Source: a virus (lineage: Duplodnaviria; Caudoviricetes). From it: 64,000 nucleotides of DNA. The stretch lies in the IMG/VR virus record IMGVR_UViG_3300010429_000387, positions 224,001 through 288,000 of that record; one strand, 5' to 3'. The position numbers and the translations under genes were made by a program. Within the stretch, counting starts at the first letter, position 1, and each line of letters begins with the position of its first letter. Under the pieces are notes generated by a model that was not told the DNA's origin, did no database searches, and saw nothing but the letters and a program-made list of their open reading frames with translations. Below are positions 9,889-20,700 of the stretch, piece by piece.

Positions 9889-12540
9889 ATGCCTTCAGGT
9901 GGGAACGGACGAAACTTTGGACCGGCAGTCAGTGGCTACCTACTTCCAGATGGAAGGGCCTTTGAGACAACGGTCTTTCAAGCTGGTAAGCCAGTCTTGG
10001 ACAAGGAACTCAACCTTGCCCAAGACATAGACAGTGGGTACGCTCTTGACCTAGCAAGGTCGATTGCTCCTTCTGGGTGGCTCACCGACGTACACATCAA
10101 CTCCTCAGACCCTATGGGTGGGTCTGGGTCGATCTTCATCCCGAGCCCTATCGCAAACACGTTGCTCCTTGCGAACAACCTGAAGGCTCTGGTGAATGGC
10201 TGGCCCGTCTTGGTGGCTTACACCGGGAATGCCAGCTCCAATCAGTTGACGCTTCCCGTTGGCCCAACAGGGAACGGGGCCAAGCGAACGGACCTGGTCA
10301 TTCTGGAGGTCTGGCGTAGGCTCATTGGCCCCTCTACTGGGGATGGGAAGAGCCCTACCGGTCGTATTTGGAGGAACGGCAACGTCGGGGTGTCCTCTGT
10401 CGATGATGCCACCCTGAACTATCAGGACCAGATGCTCGACTCCGTAGTTGGGGCCGAGACCACCAAGAGGGTCCAGATTCAGTACCGTCTTCGGGTCATT
10501 GCTGGAGTGGACCTCTTTGGCTACCCCTACGGGATTGATGACCCTGTTGTGGTGGCACATTCGGTCCCAGCCTCCTCCTCTGCACCAGATGGAGTGGCCT
10601 CGACCTTCGTCTACTACAACCAGAGTGCCTATGGAGACCCTGGTCTATGGGTGGCTGGGGACGGTATTCCAAGCAATGCCCTTGGTACTGTGGATGGTTA
10701 CATGTATGCCATCCCACTGTGCGCAGTATTCAGGCGGAATACGACATCCTTCAAGAAGAACCTGAATCATAACGGGGGAGTGGTCTCTCCTGGACCGTCA
10801 GATCGTCCAGATGGCCTTCTCAGCGACATCTTTGTTGGCACTGACTTGGCGGATCTTCGCCAGGCAGTCTCCACCAGCGGGTGGGACTATCGAGAGGTCC
10901 TTGAGAAGAACTTTGGGATTCTACTTGACAATAAGTTGAAGACCGAGTGGGGGACAACTCCGAATGGCGGAGGGATCTCTGGGCACACCTACCTTTGGGC
11001 GGATGAGGTTGGGACCCTTCCTGGGGACGGGACCATCACAGGGGACACCCCTGGGGCTGAGTTCATCGGTCAGTTCGACTGTACCCGTAGGTTCTTCACC
11101 GACCGGCCCAACTATGAGGTCATGACGTTCAAGATCACTCCTGGTGATCCCAACGTCTCGACTCCGACTTGGCAGGTTGGGACCCAGGTGACGATCAGCC
11201 CCTCCCTGATCTCCCAGTACCCGTTCCCTGCAACCATCGGGTTCCTGACAAGGGCGCCTTCTGGGACACGGATCATCGACATCCTTCGGGCAAGGATTCA
11301 AGGACCACTGGGGACCCAGAAGGGTCTCGACATTGGGTTCTCCGCCTTGGGGAATACCTCAGTGGTCCCCTTCCCTGTCACCAACATCCAGGGGCTTTGC
11401 AGCTATCCTCCGGGGAACATCGTCATCACGCTGGGGATCCCGCCAGACTCAGCAACCACAGAGCCGATGTACATCGACCTCTTGATTGCCTACCCGCCAG
11501 GTCAGGGTTTGGCGAAGACACCAACGAACGACTACGATAGTGCCTCTTTCTCGATCAACAACCCCTCGGCGTTGTCGGCTTCTGCCCCGATATCTTACGC
11601 TGCCATCGACACCCAGGTTCTCGACTACACCCATCGTCAGGTTCAGCTCCAGTATCGGACAAGCCAACTGACGTTCACTACCACGGCTGAGTCCACCAAT
11701 CCGATGGACCAGCTCATCTTGCCGGAACGAGTGAAGACTCTGGTTGAGGTAAGGGTCAACAGTACCCCTGATCCGGGGGCACTCTTGGTGGGGGATGACC
11801 GTCGGAAGGTCCAGCTCAGCTCTGCTGCAACTCCGTTCGATGTGATTGAGGTAGACTACGAGGCCCTTCGCCCTATCCCCCAGTCTACGTCGATGGTTAC
11901 CCCTGGGGTGCAGTTCACGATCTACTATGAGACCAGGGCGCCCCAGACGATTCGAGGGACTATCCTTGGAACGGAGCTGGCCCTGATCCCGAGGTGGATT
12001 TCCCCTAACCTGTACTCCATCACGACTGGGTCTGGGTCTCAGGGGGAGGGCTACCCCTACCCCCAAGCCTACGTTCAGACCGGCGGCATCATCAAGAGCG
12101 TGGGTACCTTCGGTGGGGAGTACGAGCTTGACGGCTCGGAGAACATCTACGTAGCTGAGTTCAACGCTTCGACGGGCTTCCTGAAGGTACCGACCTACAT
12201 CCCTTACGTCCCTGACTCGGAGTCGGTGTCCTTCACCCGGAGCCTGAGCGATGCTGACATCGAGGACCGAACCTACTTCCCGACCTTCTCTGCTGGGTAC
12301 AAGCCCAATGCCTTCGGGCCACCACTCTCGGATGCTCGTGTCCACAAGGTCATCCTACCGACCTTGATGGAGACCGCCTCGGACACGACCCTGGGGAGGA
12401 AGGGGACGCTCCTTCTTGTGAACTTCGTTCGATGGGCGGAGTTTGATGCGGAGAACAGCATCAAGGTCCTCGACACCGACAACACGACCATTGCGAGTGT
12501 CTACCGGGTTTCCGGGAACCTCCTCAACCGGAGAAGCTGA
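9889..12540 (+). CDS. virion structural (baseplate/tail) protein, paralog of 23349..27968
   Basis: FQAGKPVLDKELN N-terminus; shares many motif blocks with 23349. Confidence 0.7.
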   Translation: MPSGGNGRNFGPAVSGYLLPDGRAFETTVFQAGKPVLDKELNLAQDIDSGYALDLARSIAPSGWLTDVHINSSDPMGGSGSIFIPSPIANTLLLANNLKALVNGWPVLVAYTGNASSNQLTLPVGPTGNGAKRTDLVILEVWRRLIGPSTGDGKSPTGRIWRNGNVGVSSVDDATLNYQDQMLDSVVGAETTKRVQIQYRLRVIAGVDLFGYPYGIDDPVVVAHSVPASSSAPDGVASTFVYYNQSAYGDPGLWVAGDGIPSNALGTVDGYMYAIPLCAVFRRNTTSFKKNLNHNGGVVSPGPSDRPDGLLSDIFVGTDLADLRQAVSTSGWDYREVLEKNFGILLDNKLKTEWGTTPNGGGISGHTYLWADEVGTLPGDGTITGDTPGAEFIGQFDCTRRFFTDRPNYEVMTFKITPGDPNVSTPTWQVGTQVTISPSLISQYPFPATIGFLTRAPSGTRIIDILRARIQGPLGTQKGLDIGFSALGNTSVVPFPVTNIQGLCSYPPGNIVITLGIPPDSATTEPMYIDLLIAYPPGQGLAKTPTNDYDSASFSINNPSALSASAPISYAAIDTQVLDYTHRQVQLQYRTSQLTFTTTAESTNPMDQLILPERVKTLVEVRVNSTPDPGALLVGDDRRKVQLSSAATPFDVIEVDYEALRPIPQSTSMVTPGVQFTIYYETRAPQTIRGTILGTELALIPRWISPNLYSITTGSGSQGEGYPYPQAYVQTGGIIKSVGTFGGEYELDGSENIYVAEFNASTGFLKVPTYIPYVPDSESVSFTRSLSDADIEDRTYFPTFSAGYKPNAFGPPLSDARVHKVILPTLMETASDTTLGRKGTLLLVNFVRWAEFDAENSIKVLDTDNTTIASVYRVSGNLLNRRS

Positions 12541-12543
12541 GAG

Positions 12544-14703
12544 ATGCCGTCCAACAAGTCACCCTCTTTCGTCAATCCTGGACCTGGAAAGCTCTCAGCC
12601 GGTCAGGTTCCAGCTTCGGCGCTATCCTTCCCGGTAGGGGGTGCTGGCGACCTTGAGGCCCACATCAACGACCCCGTGGATGCCCACATGTCTTGGGCGG
12701 TTGGCATCCCCGAGGTCAACCCGAATACGGGGCAGGCTCTCTTGGCTTCGGCTGGTGGACCCTATGACGGGGAGAGCGTCATGGACGCCCTCACGGCCCT
12801 GTCTGACCTCCTCCCAGTGAAGCCAGACAAGATCGGCTACGACTCGGGAGCCATCCCGAACTCCGGCCTCACCAACTGGACGCCAGCCTTGACGGTGGGT
12901 GGATCGGCCATCCGTGGAGGGTTCAAGTCTGGGACAGCCGCTATCGTGACGAAGTACCTGACCCCTGTCGGGAGCATCGGCACTCAGACTATTGGGGGAA
13001 TGGTCTTCCCGGCCGACCGAGGGGTCCTTGCTGTCTACCGAACGACCAACAGCGACTTCTTCAACCCGGCAGAGACCACCTTGATCTCGGCCCTTTGGTT
13101 GGGGTCAAGTGCTTCGGCTCCAGCGGGGGTCGCAAGTGCCAACTTCATTGAGGCCACCAGGTCCTCTGGGCAGACTAACTACACCCCCTCCGGGTCAGGG
13201 CTTGATGCCATCACCCTGATCGACAGGCTCCCCTACCAAAACAGCTACCCAGGCGGGCAGTACACAGCCTTCGGGTCCAACTTCTATGCCTACCAGCTTG
13301 GGAAGTATCGCTTCCCAGTGTCTATCACGGCTGGGAACTCTGGGAGCTACCTCCTGGTTCACTGGAAGGAGACCTACGCCACAACGCTTGCCTCCATCCA
13401 GCCTGCAAGCCTCACAGCGGGGAATCTGGTCACTTCCAAGTGTTACTCGGCAGTCCCCTCGGATGCAGCCGCCTACGACAATGTGATCAGGGCCAACGTG
13501 TTTACCGACACATTGAGTGGGTCTGGGCCTACTGGTGCCACCCTCACCACGTCCCCTGCTGGGACCACTACCACGATGAATCTCTCCGGGATCGCCTACT
13601 ACAACAGTACGGCATTCCAGGTGAACTTGCTGTCCACAGCAGCCAACGTCTTCAGCAACTCGTTCCTCACCAACACGTCCCCTTCAGTCTCGGTTCCCCT
13701 TGAGTATGTGTCGGCCCTCCCCGTGGTCCAGGCCATCATGTCCAACTTCAATGGGACTACCTGGACTTACCCATTGTTTGATGGGTCCAACGTCTCCGAC
13801 AACTCTGGGGGGACCCCGTTCTCCCTCTCCAACCCTCCGGACCCGGCCTCTGTTGCCCGACTCTCCAATGCAACTCAAGCAGCCCTCACGGTGGTCAGCC
13901 CGCTTCCGAAGCCGGTTTACCCCAACGCTCAGGTGACGGTTCGTTGGAGGGGTTCATTCAGTTCTGCTGTGGATGTGACCAGCACTGAGCGATACCTTGT
14001 CAACCCTGCCTACAACGAGGCCACCCTCACCACCGAGGTGAAAGAGTCCTTCGTCAGTGAGTCATATCGCTACATCAGCAGCTACAACGCTCCACTGGGG
14101 AGTGCTCCGATCCAGCCAGCGGGTGGAAACGTCTTTGACTCGGCTGGGGCCATAGCTTCAGGGGCTCTTCAAGTGTACTCTGGTCGTCTGGTCTACCCGA
14201 CCACCAACTTCTCGGCCTCCCAGTACAAGCCAACGCAAGCCGGAAGGGACTACTCTGCAATCTATGGGGCTGATGCGGCCAACACGAAGCGTCGGTACGT
14301 TCGTGCGTTCAATACGGGGATCTCAAGGAACAGTGGGAAGATCCTGCTCACCGGACTTTCAGCAGCCGCCTTCAATGCTGCCAACACTCCGGACCCCAAT
14401 GAAATCACGGACCACACGGGCGGGGCTGTAGTCCAGATCAAGATCCCTGGGGTTACCGGGTGGCTCGACCTTGGCCGGTCTGACGGAACTCCGGACAACG
14501 ACAAGACCCAGGACTTTCGTGGGTGTAAGGTTGGAGTGGTTGAGGCTGGGGGGGTCACAACGGTCACCTACAGCACAGGCGGGTCGATGACTGCTCCGAA
14601 CTCAGAGGGCAAGTACCTCTTGTTCGTTCGGGTTACACTCATCAAGAACGGCACAGGGGAGAGCCTGACTCTCCAGGGGATCGATTGGGCGGCACCTACG
14701 TGA
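12544..14703 (+). CDS. virion structural protein
   Basis: 719 aa, Ser/Thr/Gly/Ala-rich, in the structural operon. Confidence 0.65.
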   Translation: MPSNKSPSFVNPGPGKLSAGQVPASALSFPVGGAGDLEAHINDPVDAHMSWAVGIPEVNPNTGQALLASAGGPYDGESVMDALTALSDLLPVKPDKIGYDSGAIPNSGLTNWTPALTVGGSAIRGGFKSGTAAIVTKYLTPVGSIGTQTIGGMVFPADRGVLAVYRTTNSDFFNPAETTLISALWLGSSASAPAGVASANFIEATRSSGQTNYTPSGSGLDAITLIDRLPYQNSYPGGQYTAFGSNFYAYQLGKYRFPVSITAGNSGSYLLVHWKETYATTLASIQPASLTAGNLVTSKCYSAVPSDAAAYDNVIRANVFTDTLSGSGPTGATLTTSPAGTTTTMNLSGIAYYNSTAFQVNLLSTAANVFSNSFLTNTSPSVSVPLEYVSALPVVQAIMSNFNGTTWTYPLFDGSNVSDNSGGTPFSLSNPPDPASVARLSNATQAALTVVSPLPKPVYPNAQVTVRWRGSFSSAVDVTSTERYLVNPAYNEATLTTEVKESFVSESYRYISSYNAPLGSAPIQPAGGNVFDSAGAIASGALQVYSGRLVYPTTNFSASQYKPTQAGRDYSAIYGADAANTKRRYVRAFNTGISRNSGKILLTGLSAAAFNAANTPDPNEITDHTGGAVVQIKIPGVTGWLDLGRSDGTPDNDKTQDFRGCKVGVVEAGGVTTVTYSTGGSMTAPNSEGKYLLFVRVTLIKNGTGESLTLQGIDWAAPT

Positions 14704-14730
14704 TCGGCCTCTTCGCATTGTTCCCGGAAC

Positions 14731-14739
14731 CTTTTATGG
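14731..14739 (+). promoter_or_regulatory. T-rich putative late-promoter element (CTTTTATGG)
   Basis: Intergenic, upstream of the 2623 aa gene; followed by tandem CAAGGAC (SD-like) repeats. Confidence 0.3.
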
Positions 14740-14770
14740 CTACGGCCTAACGCAAGGACGCAAGGACCGC

Positions 14771-17700
14771 ATGGCTACTTCCCACACCTCGACCGGGGCA
14801 ACTTACTCGAACCTGACTCGCCGTGAGCTGGAGCAGCTTCGCAAGGCTGACTTCTTTGCTGGCGGGAAGGCTCTGACCGTTGGTGACGAGTCGAACGCTG
14901 GTTCGATCAACGATGAGAGGTTCTACTCCGGGCCAGCAGTTTTCCTGGACGACGTGTGGGCTATCCGCCCACCCACGACTCCCGTACCGTTCCTCCTCTC
15001 TTCCACTCAGCCGAGCAGTTTCGTAGCCGAGTCGGTCAGGTGGTACGGCCCCAAGTTCATCACCAGCGGGTCTACTGGTATTGCCATCGGAACCTTGGAA
15101 CTCCAGGACTCCAGCATTGATACTGACTTCAGTCTGGTTCAGAGTGGGGACCTTCTTCTCATCAAGAGCCGTCTGGATGGGAGTGATGGGAACGCCAATG
15201 CCACTGGCGTTATTTCCTATGTGGGCAACACTCCGGGGTCCTGGCCGATCTATAGCTTGGTCCTGTCGAGCGTACAGGCCCCCAACAACTCTCCAACCAC
15301 AGCTCTTGAGGTAAGCGCTGAGCCCTACTCCTATGCAGTGGTTAGGCAGGGTGCTGTCCAGCTCTTTGCGGTTCCTGGTTCTGGTCCGTTGGGTCGGGAG
15401 CAGACTTTCCTTGCAGTCAGCCCTGATTCTCTGCTGCATACCATCTCCGCCCCCACCCTCGATCAGATCAACATCGACCGGGTCACGGACCTGGTCTCAC
15501 CCTCGTTCTCAGGGGGTGAGGCAATCGACAGGGCGGACGCAATCTACCAGCCCCCAGCGGGTCCTGGTAGCTCTCTGGACCTGGTGGGCTACCGTCCCAT
15601 CATCTACCGGAGCTTGCCGGATGGTTCGGGTCCAGACTGGAACGCCCCCCTCCCGAAGAACCCCCGTATCGACGGTACGATCCCTGATGCCGATCAGCGG
15701 ATGACTATCGACTACAAGGCGGGTGTCTTCCGGTTCTCGACTCCACCCCTTGCGGGCAACGATGTGAAGCCCACTGGGGGCAACGGAGGGGTGAACACCA
15801 CGACTGGCCGTCTCCAACTCTGGGCGGTCTACTGGGCAGCAGACAAGACCTTGACCAAAGGGTCCGCTTCTTCTGTCTATGTCAGTCGGAGCAACCAGAA
15901 CAAGTATCAGACACCGGCTAGGGTCCGACTTGAGCTTTCAAGTGATGCGAATGGCTTCAATCCTGGAGCCCTCCTCCTTGGAACGACTTCCCAGGGGAAC
16001 GACTTCTACGTCCGTGCCTTGGACGCTGAGGCATCTGGGTGGGGGTCCAGTCCTAATGAGGACATCACCCCCAAGGTAGACTTCGGGGCTAGTAACGCTG
16101 TTCTTTGGTCTAGTGGCGATCCTTTCAGGGGTTTCCGAATCCGACAAGACGGCAAGATCCGGATGATTCAGTATCCGGGCTATGACTACCCCTTTGAGAC
16201 CCGGATTGAGGAGAAGACCAAGATTACCGTTGGTGGGATGACTCACCCTAGCGGAGACTACAACAACTCCCACGACGGGTCTGCCGCCTCATCGGGTCTC
16301 CCAAACACCTATATCCCGCTCCAGAATGCCCTTCTTGAGGCTTTTCAGCAGGGGCAGTATTCCACCGTTCACCTTCGTCGGGGTGTCTACCGGAATACGG
16401 CTGACCACATCTTCATTCCACCGGGTGTCACCCTAGAGGGTGAGGGGTATGGGACCGTCCTCGACCTGAACTCATGTTCGTTGAAGATCGGTCCTAACAA
16501 CCGCTATGGGACCTACGATCCCACAACTGTAGATGTCAATGGGACTCCGTACATCCCGATTTCTGGGTACGAGTTCCCTGAGTCCTTCAAGGTTGAGGGC
16601 TACTGCATCGTCTGGAACAGTGCTCGAAGGGTCTGGGGCACTTTCGTTGCGGATGCCACCTCCAACTCAATCTGGTTCAACGAGATCCGGTTGGATGGCA
16701 CCAGAGTTCTTCCTGGGCTAGGGATCAACGTGAAGAACTCCGCTGGGAAGTTCTTCACGTTGACCTCTCCAAACTCGTCAAACCTGACCTCAGGGCACTA
16801 CCCGAGGGCGGCTCACCATCCGGTGTTGGATGAGTATGTCTTCACTTGGACTGAGGAGTTCTCCGGGTCTTCTGGGGTTGGCCCACGAAGCTACTACGAT
16901 GCCCTAACCTATCGTGCCCAGGACACCCATCAGCCTGTTGCCCAGAGGTACTCTATTCGGTACGGATCCCCAAGGGTGATCTCTCCGTATGGGTTCCAAC
17001 AGTACACGGTTCACCCTTCCATTGCTGTTGGGGATATTCAGAGTTACAACTCATACAGCATTGCTATTGGGTGCTGGGGCTACAATGACCTCGCCTTCAG
17101 CAACACGGCTGCACTTCAGATTATCTATGACTCAGTCTCCGGTCTGACTACGTATGGGACCAGTAGCTACAATGCTGGGACGATCACAAGCTCGACCGAT
17201 GTATCTCTTGTCAGGAGGCGGTCTGCTGGTGGGGTCCAGTGTGACTTCATTTGGTGCTGGTCTGAGAGGCTCCACGCTATCATTACCGGAACAACTGGGT
17301 ACTTCAGTGGTGGCGGGTACCTCAGTGACTCAGCATATCCCAATTGGAGCACGGCTGGGGTACGGGATGGGGACCGGTTCCTTCTCCTCCATCAAACCGC
17401 TGGGGCAGACAACTACAAGGGGCGAACTGGGATAGTTCGTTCAGTCAGTGGTTCCGCCCTGTACCCCCAGTTTGAGGGTGCTGAGGGAGACCAGGCGGAG
17501 GTGTTCAACTCAGGCTCCTCCTTGAGGTACGCCATCTTCCCTGTCAGTCGGGTCTATTGCCGAGCAGGTACGAGCGAGAATCAGATTTATGCCTCGGTGA
17601 AGGTTGCGGGTCCCGACTCCCCAGTACCCAGCAGCACCAGGTTCCACTTCCAAGAGCGTGAGCCGGACTTCGTTCGGATCTCTGGTTCGTCCAAGGACCG

Positions 17701-20700
17701 AGCCATCATCGTTTATCAGAACTTCGACACTAGGGCGGCAGCGAGTCGGGCCTGGATCCCGAACTTCGACAACGGGAAGGACACCAACTACCTGGACAAC
17801 GCTGGGGTCCCAGGAAAGTCCCCGTACCCGGTAAGAGTTCATCTCTCGACCAGTTTCGTCATTGTCTCGCACAAGAACCTGACTGAGGGTTTTACTGGTG
17901 ACTATACCTATCAGGCGGTCATCGCCCCTTCTATGACCGAGGGGTACGAGAGTAGTGTCTCGATGACTGTCTCGACCGCTGACGGGTATCAGAGCACCTA
18001 TCCGTCCAACCTGGGTGAGCTGCGTAGATCCAATGACTTGGAGTTGATTCGCAGGTCTCTCGGAAGCCGAGACCCGTTGGATGTGTACCCCAACACTCAG
18101 GGGAATACCAATCACCCCTATGATGATGTCTCCCTCAGGAACTACTCGATGCCGATCAAGGGTGGTGTCGTGCCATCCTTCATTCCGGGGGTTACCTGGA
18201 ACGGGTCTGATTGGGTCATTGTCAGCCCGACGGTGGACCTCATTCGGTCTGACACGGGTACGCTTTTCGTTCAGAGCGGCACAACCCAGTATCTCTACGA
18301 TGCCACCTTCCTCTTCTCAACTGATACGGCAGACCCCCAAGGAAGGACCTACCGGAAGACTATCTCAGTGGGTGACCTACTGTACTTCCCGGCCTACGGG
18401 GTGTACCGGACGGTAAACGACAGCTACAGCGAGCACGTTGTGGCCCTCGATTCCCTCATTGGTGCCGGAACCTTCGCAAACAACGTAGAGTGGGTGCTGG
18501 TGCAACAGGGGGCTGGGTACGAGACCCAGCAGTCCAATGAGTGCCGTCCAAAGTGCCCTGGATTCAGGGTTGGGCTTGACGGGGAGATCATCGTCAGCTC
18601 GTCCTACACTACGTTTGCTGATGAGATCAACATCTATGGGTACGAGAAGCCCAAGCAGGAGGTCCTAAGCCGGAACCTCTTTGGGAACACTCTATTCAAC
18701 AAGATTCAGGTGAGGGTGGTGGCGAACACCAACGTGCCCAACCTCACTGGACTTGGAGTTACTATTGACGGAGTGGCCCTAAAAACCCCAGGGGACAAGG
18801 TCCTCCTTGCGGCTCAGTCAGTGGGTGCGATCAATGGGGTCTACATTGTCTCTGAGCACGATTGGGTTAGGGCCACTGAGTTCGCTGGTGGTTCCCATGT
18901 AGCTGGGACTCACATCTACGTAACAGAGGGTGATACCCTCTACAATAGAACCTGGACGGTTACCAACACAGCCCCAAATGATGTGGTCGGAACCGATGTG
19001 CTGACCTTCTCCTCTGCTGTTGGCGACCTTTACACCTATGCTGACTCCAAGTACGGTCAGAAGGGGATGGTCTGGAACGACCTGATTGAGGGTTCTCGTC
19101 TTGAGGCTGACCTCGGCTTCCGTGGTGTTGTCGTGGGGGCTCCTAGGAGGACTGGAAGTGGGATCCTCCACCCCACTGAGCAGAGTCATGTTGCAATCGC
19201 CTGGGGCGACAACATGTACGGGTTCCTGGACCGTGAGCGAGTTGACGGGCAGAATGTAAGGGTTCGATCCTTCCGGCAGAGCTTCGGACCCTACAACAGT
19301 GAGATCAAGAACCTCACTGTTCGTTCGGACATTGACACTGGGGACATGACTCTACTGAGTCGCAACCATGTGTACACACGTCATGGTGGGTCTGGGTGCC
19401 CCAACCCGTTCTTTGCGACGGACGGTTATCGGAACGTGTTTCTTCACATCGGGGTCTGGTCCTACGGGCAGTCTTGGGGTGAGAACAAGGTCCTGAATCC
19501 CCCAGTCTTGACCAACCACGACCCAAGGACGGTTGCTGGTTACAACACTAGCCTCTGTGCAGTCTTCACGGACATCACCGGGAAGTACACCCTCAGGAAG
19601 AGGCTCATTACCTTCCCGAACATCAGTAGACTTCAGCCCCCTGTCGTCTACGATGAGAATGATTCTGACTACAAGACCGGGATACCCGAGTGGCAAAGGG
19701 ATTACCTGATCGGGTCACTTCCTCAGGACATCCTCCTTGCCAAGTACCCAAGTAAGCGAAAGCCCACCTATGGTGCTCGGGCAATCTGGACCGGCTCAAC
19801 ATTCCTAGGACTCCTTGTGGTTCCTCGGGGCCTACTCCTTTTCGACCTTGGTTCCAGTGAAGAGGATGAGTTCCTCGACGAGGCAGTTGTGGGTGGGTTC
19901 GTTGTTCGAGACACCTCTACCTACAAGCAGTTCGAGCTTCCTAAGATCAAGGCTTTTGCCTACATCGGGAATGGCGGGGGGACACCCCCAGGGCCGAAGA
20001 CAAACGTCGAACGATTCCTCAACGAGTGTGTCGGGGACACCAGGTCTCTTGAGATCGTTGATGTCGTTCAGGTTGATACCTGCTGGGCAGAGGATACCCT
20101 GGCAGTGGTTTGGCTCGCAGGGTTGAACGGTTCTACCCTCAATGATAAGTGGGGGAACCCATCAGCAGAGGTGACCCTCCAGGAATTGGGCCGTCCTCTG
20201 CTCGGAGTAACCTTGTTCCGTAGGGGTCAGGGTGGGACTATTGCCGCCAAACAAGGGAGGTACAACTCGGCCTTCAACTGTACCTCGTACATCATTGACA
20301 CTACTCCGGTAAGCCCCTCCGACAACAGTCCGCTCCGAAACGGGAACATTCGTGACCCGAAGATCACTTGGAATGGTGATGGGTTCACGGTCACCTATCT
20401 CTTCAAGATGGAGGACGCTGGGGTATCTACCGCCTTGGAGCTGAAGACCTTCACCTTCCCGAAAGAAGGTCTCAAGTCGAACTTCCAGATTGTTTCTGCC
20501 TTTGGCCCAATGAACAGGGAGTCCCCACGGGGGTACTTCTCGGACCAGGCAATCGGAGGGATTACCAGTACAGGGAAGCTCCAGACCCGGCAACCGGTAC
20601 GAGCCGGGGACATCATCCTCATCACCAGAACGTCCAGGTACATCTCTGTTGGAGACACCATTGATGTTCTAAATCAGAGGAACAACAACAGTGCTGGTGA

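Noticed and set aside
10219-10225. TACACCG (minus-strand CGGTGTA) inside gene 9889
   Set aside because: Intragenic and antisense, with no credible downstream gene; treated as a chance occurrence.
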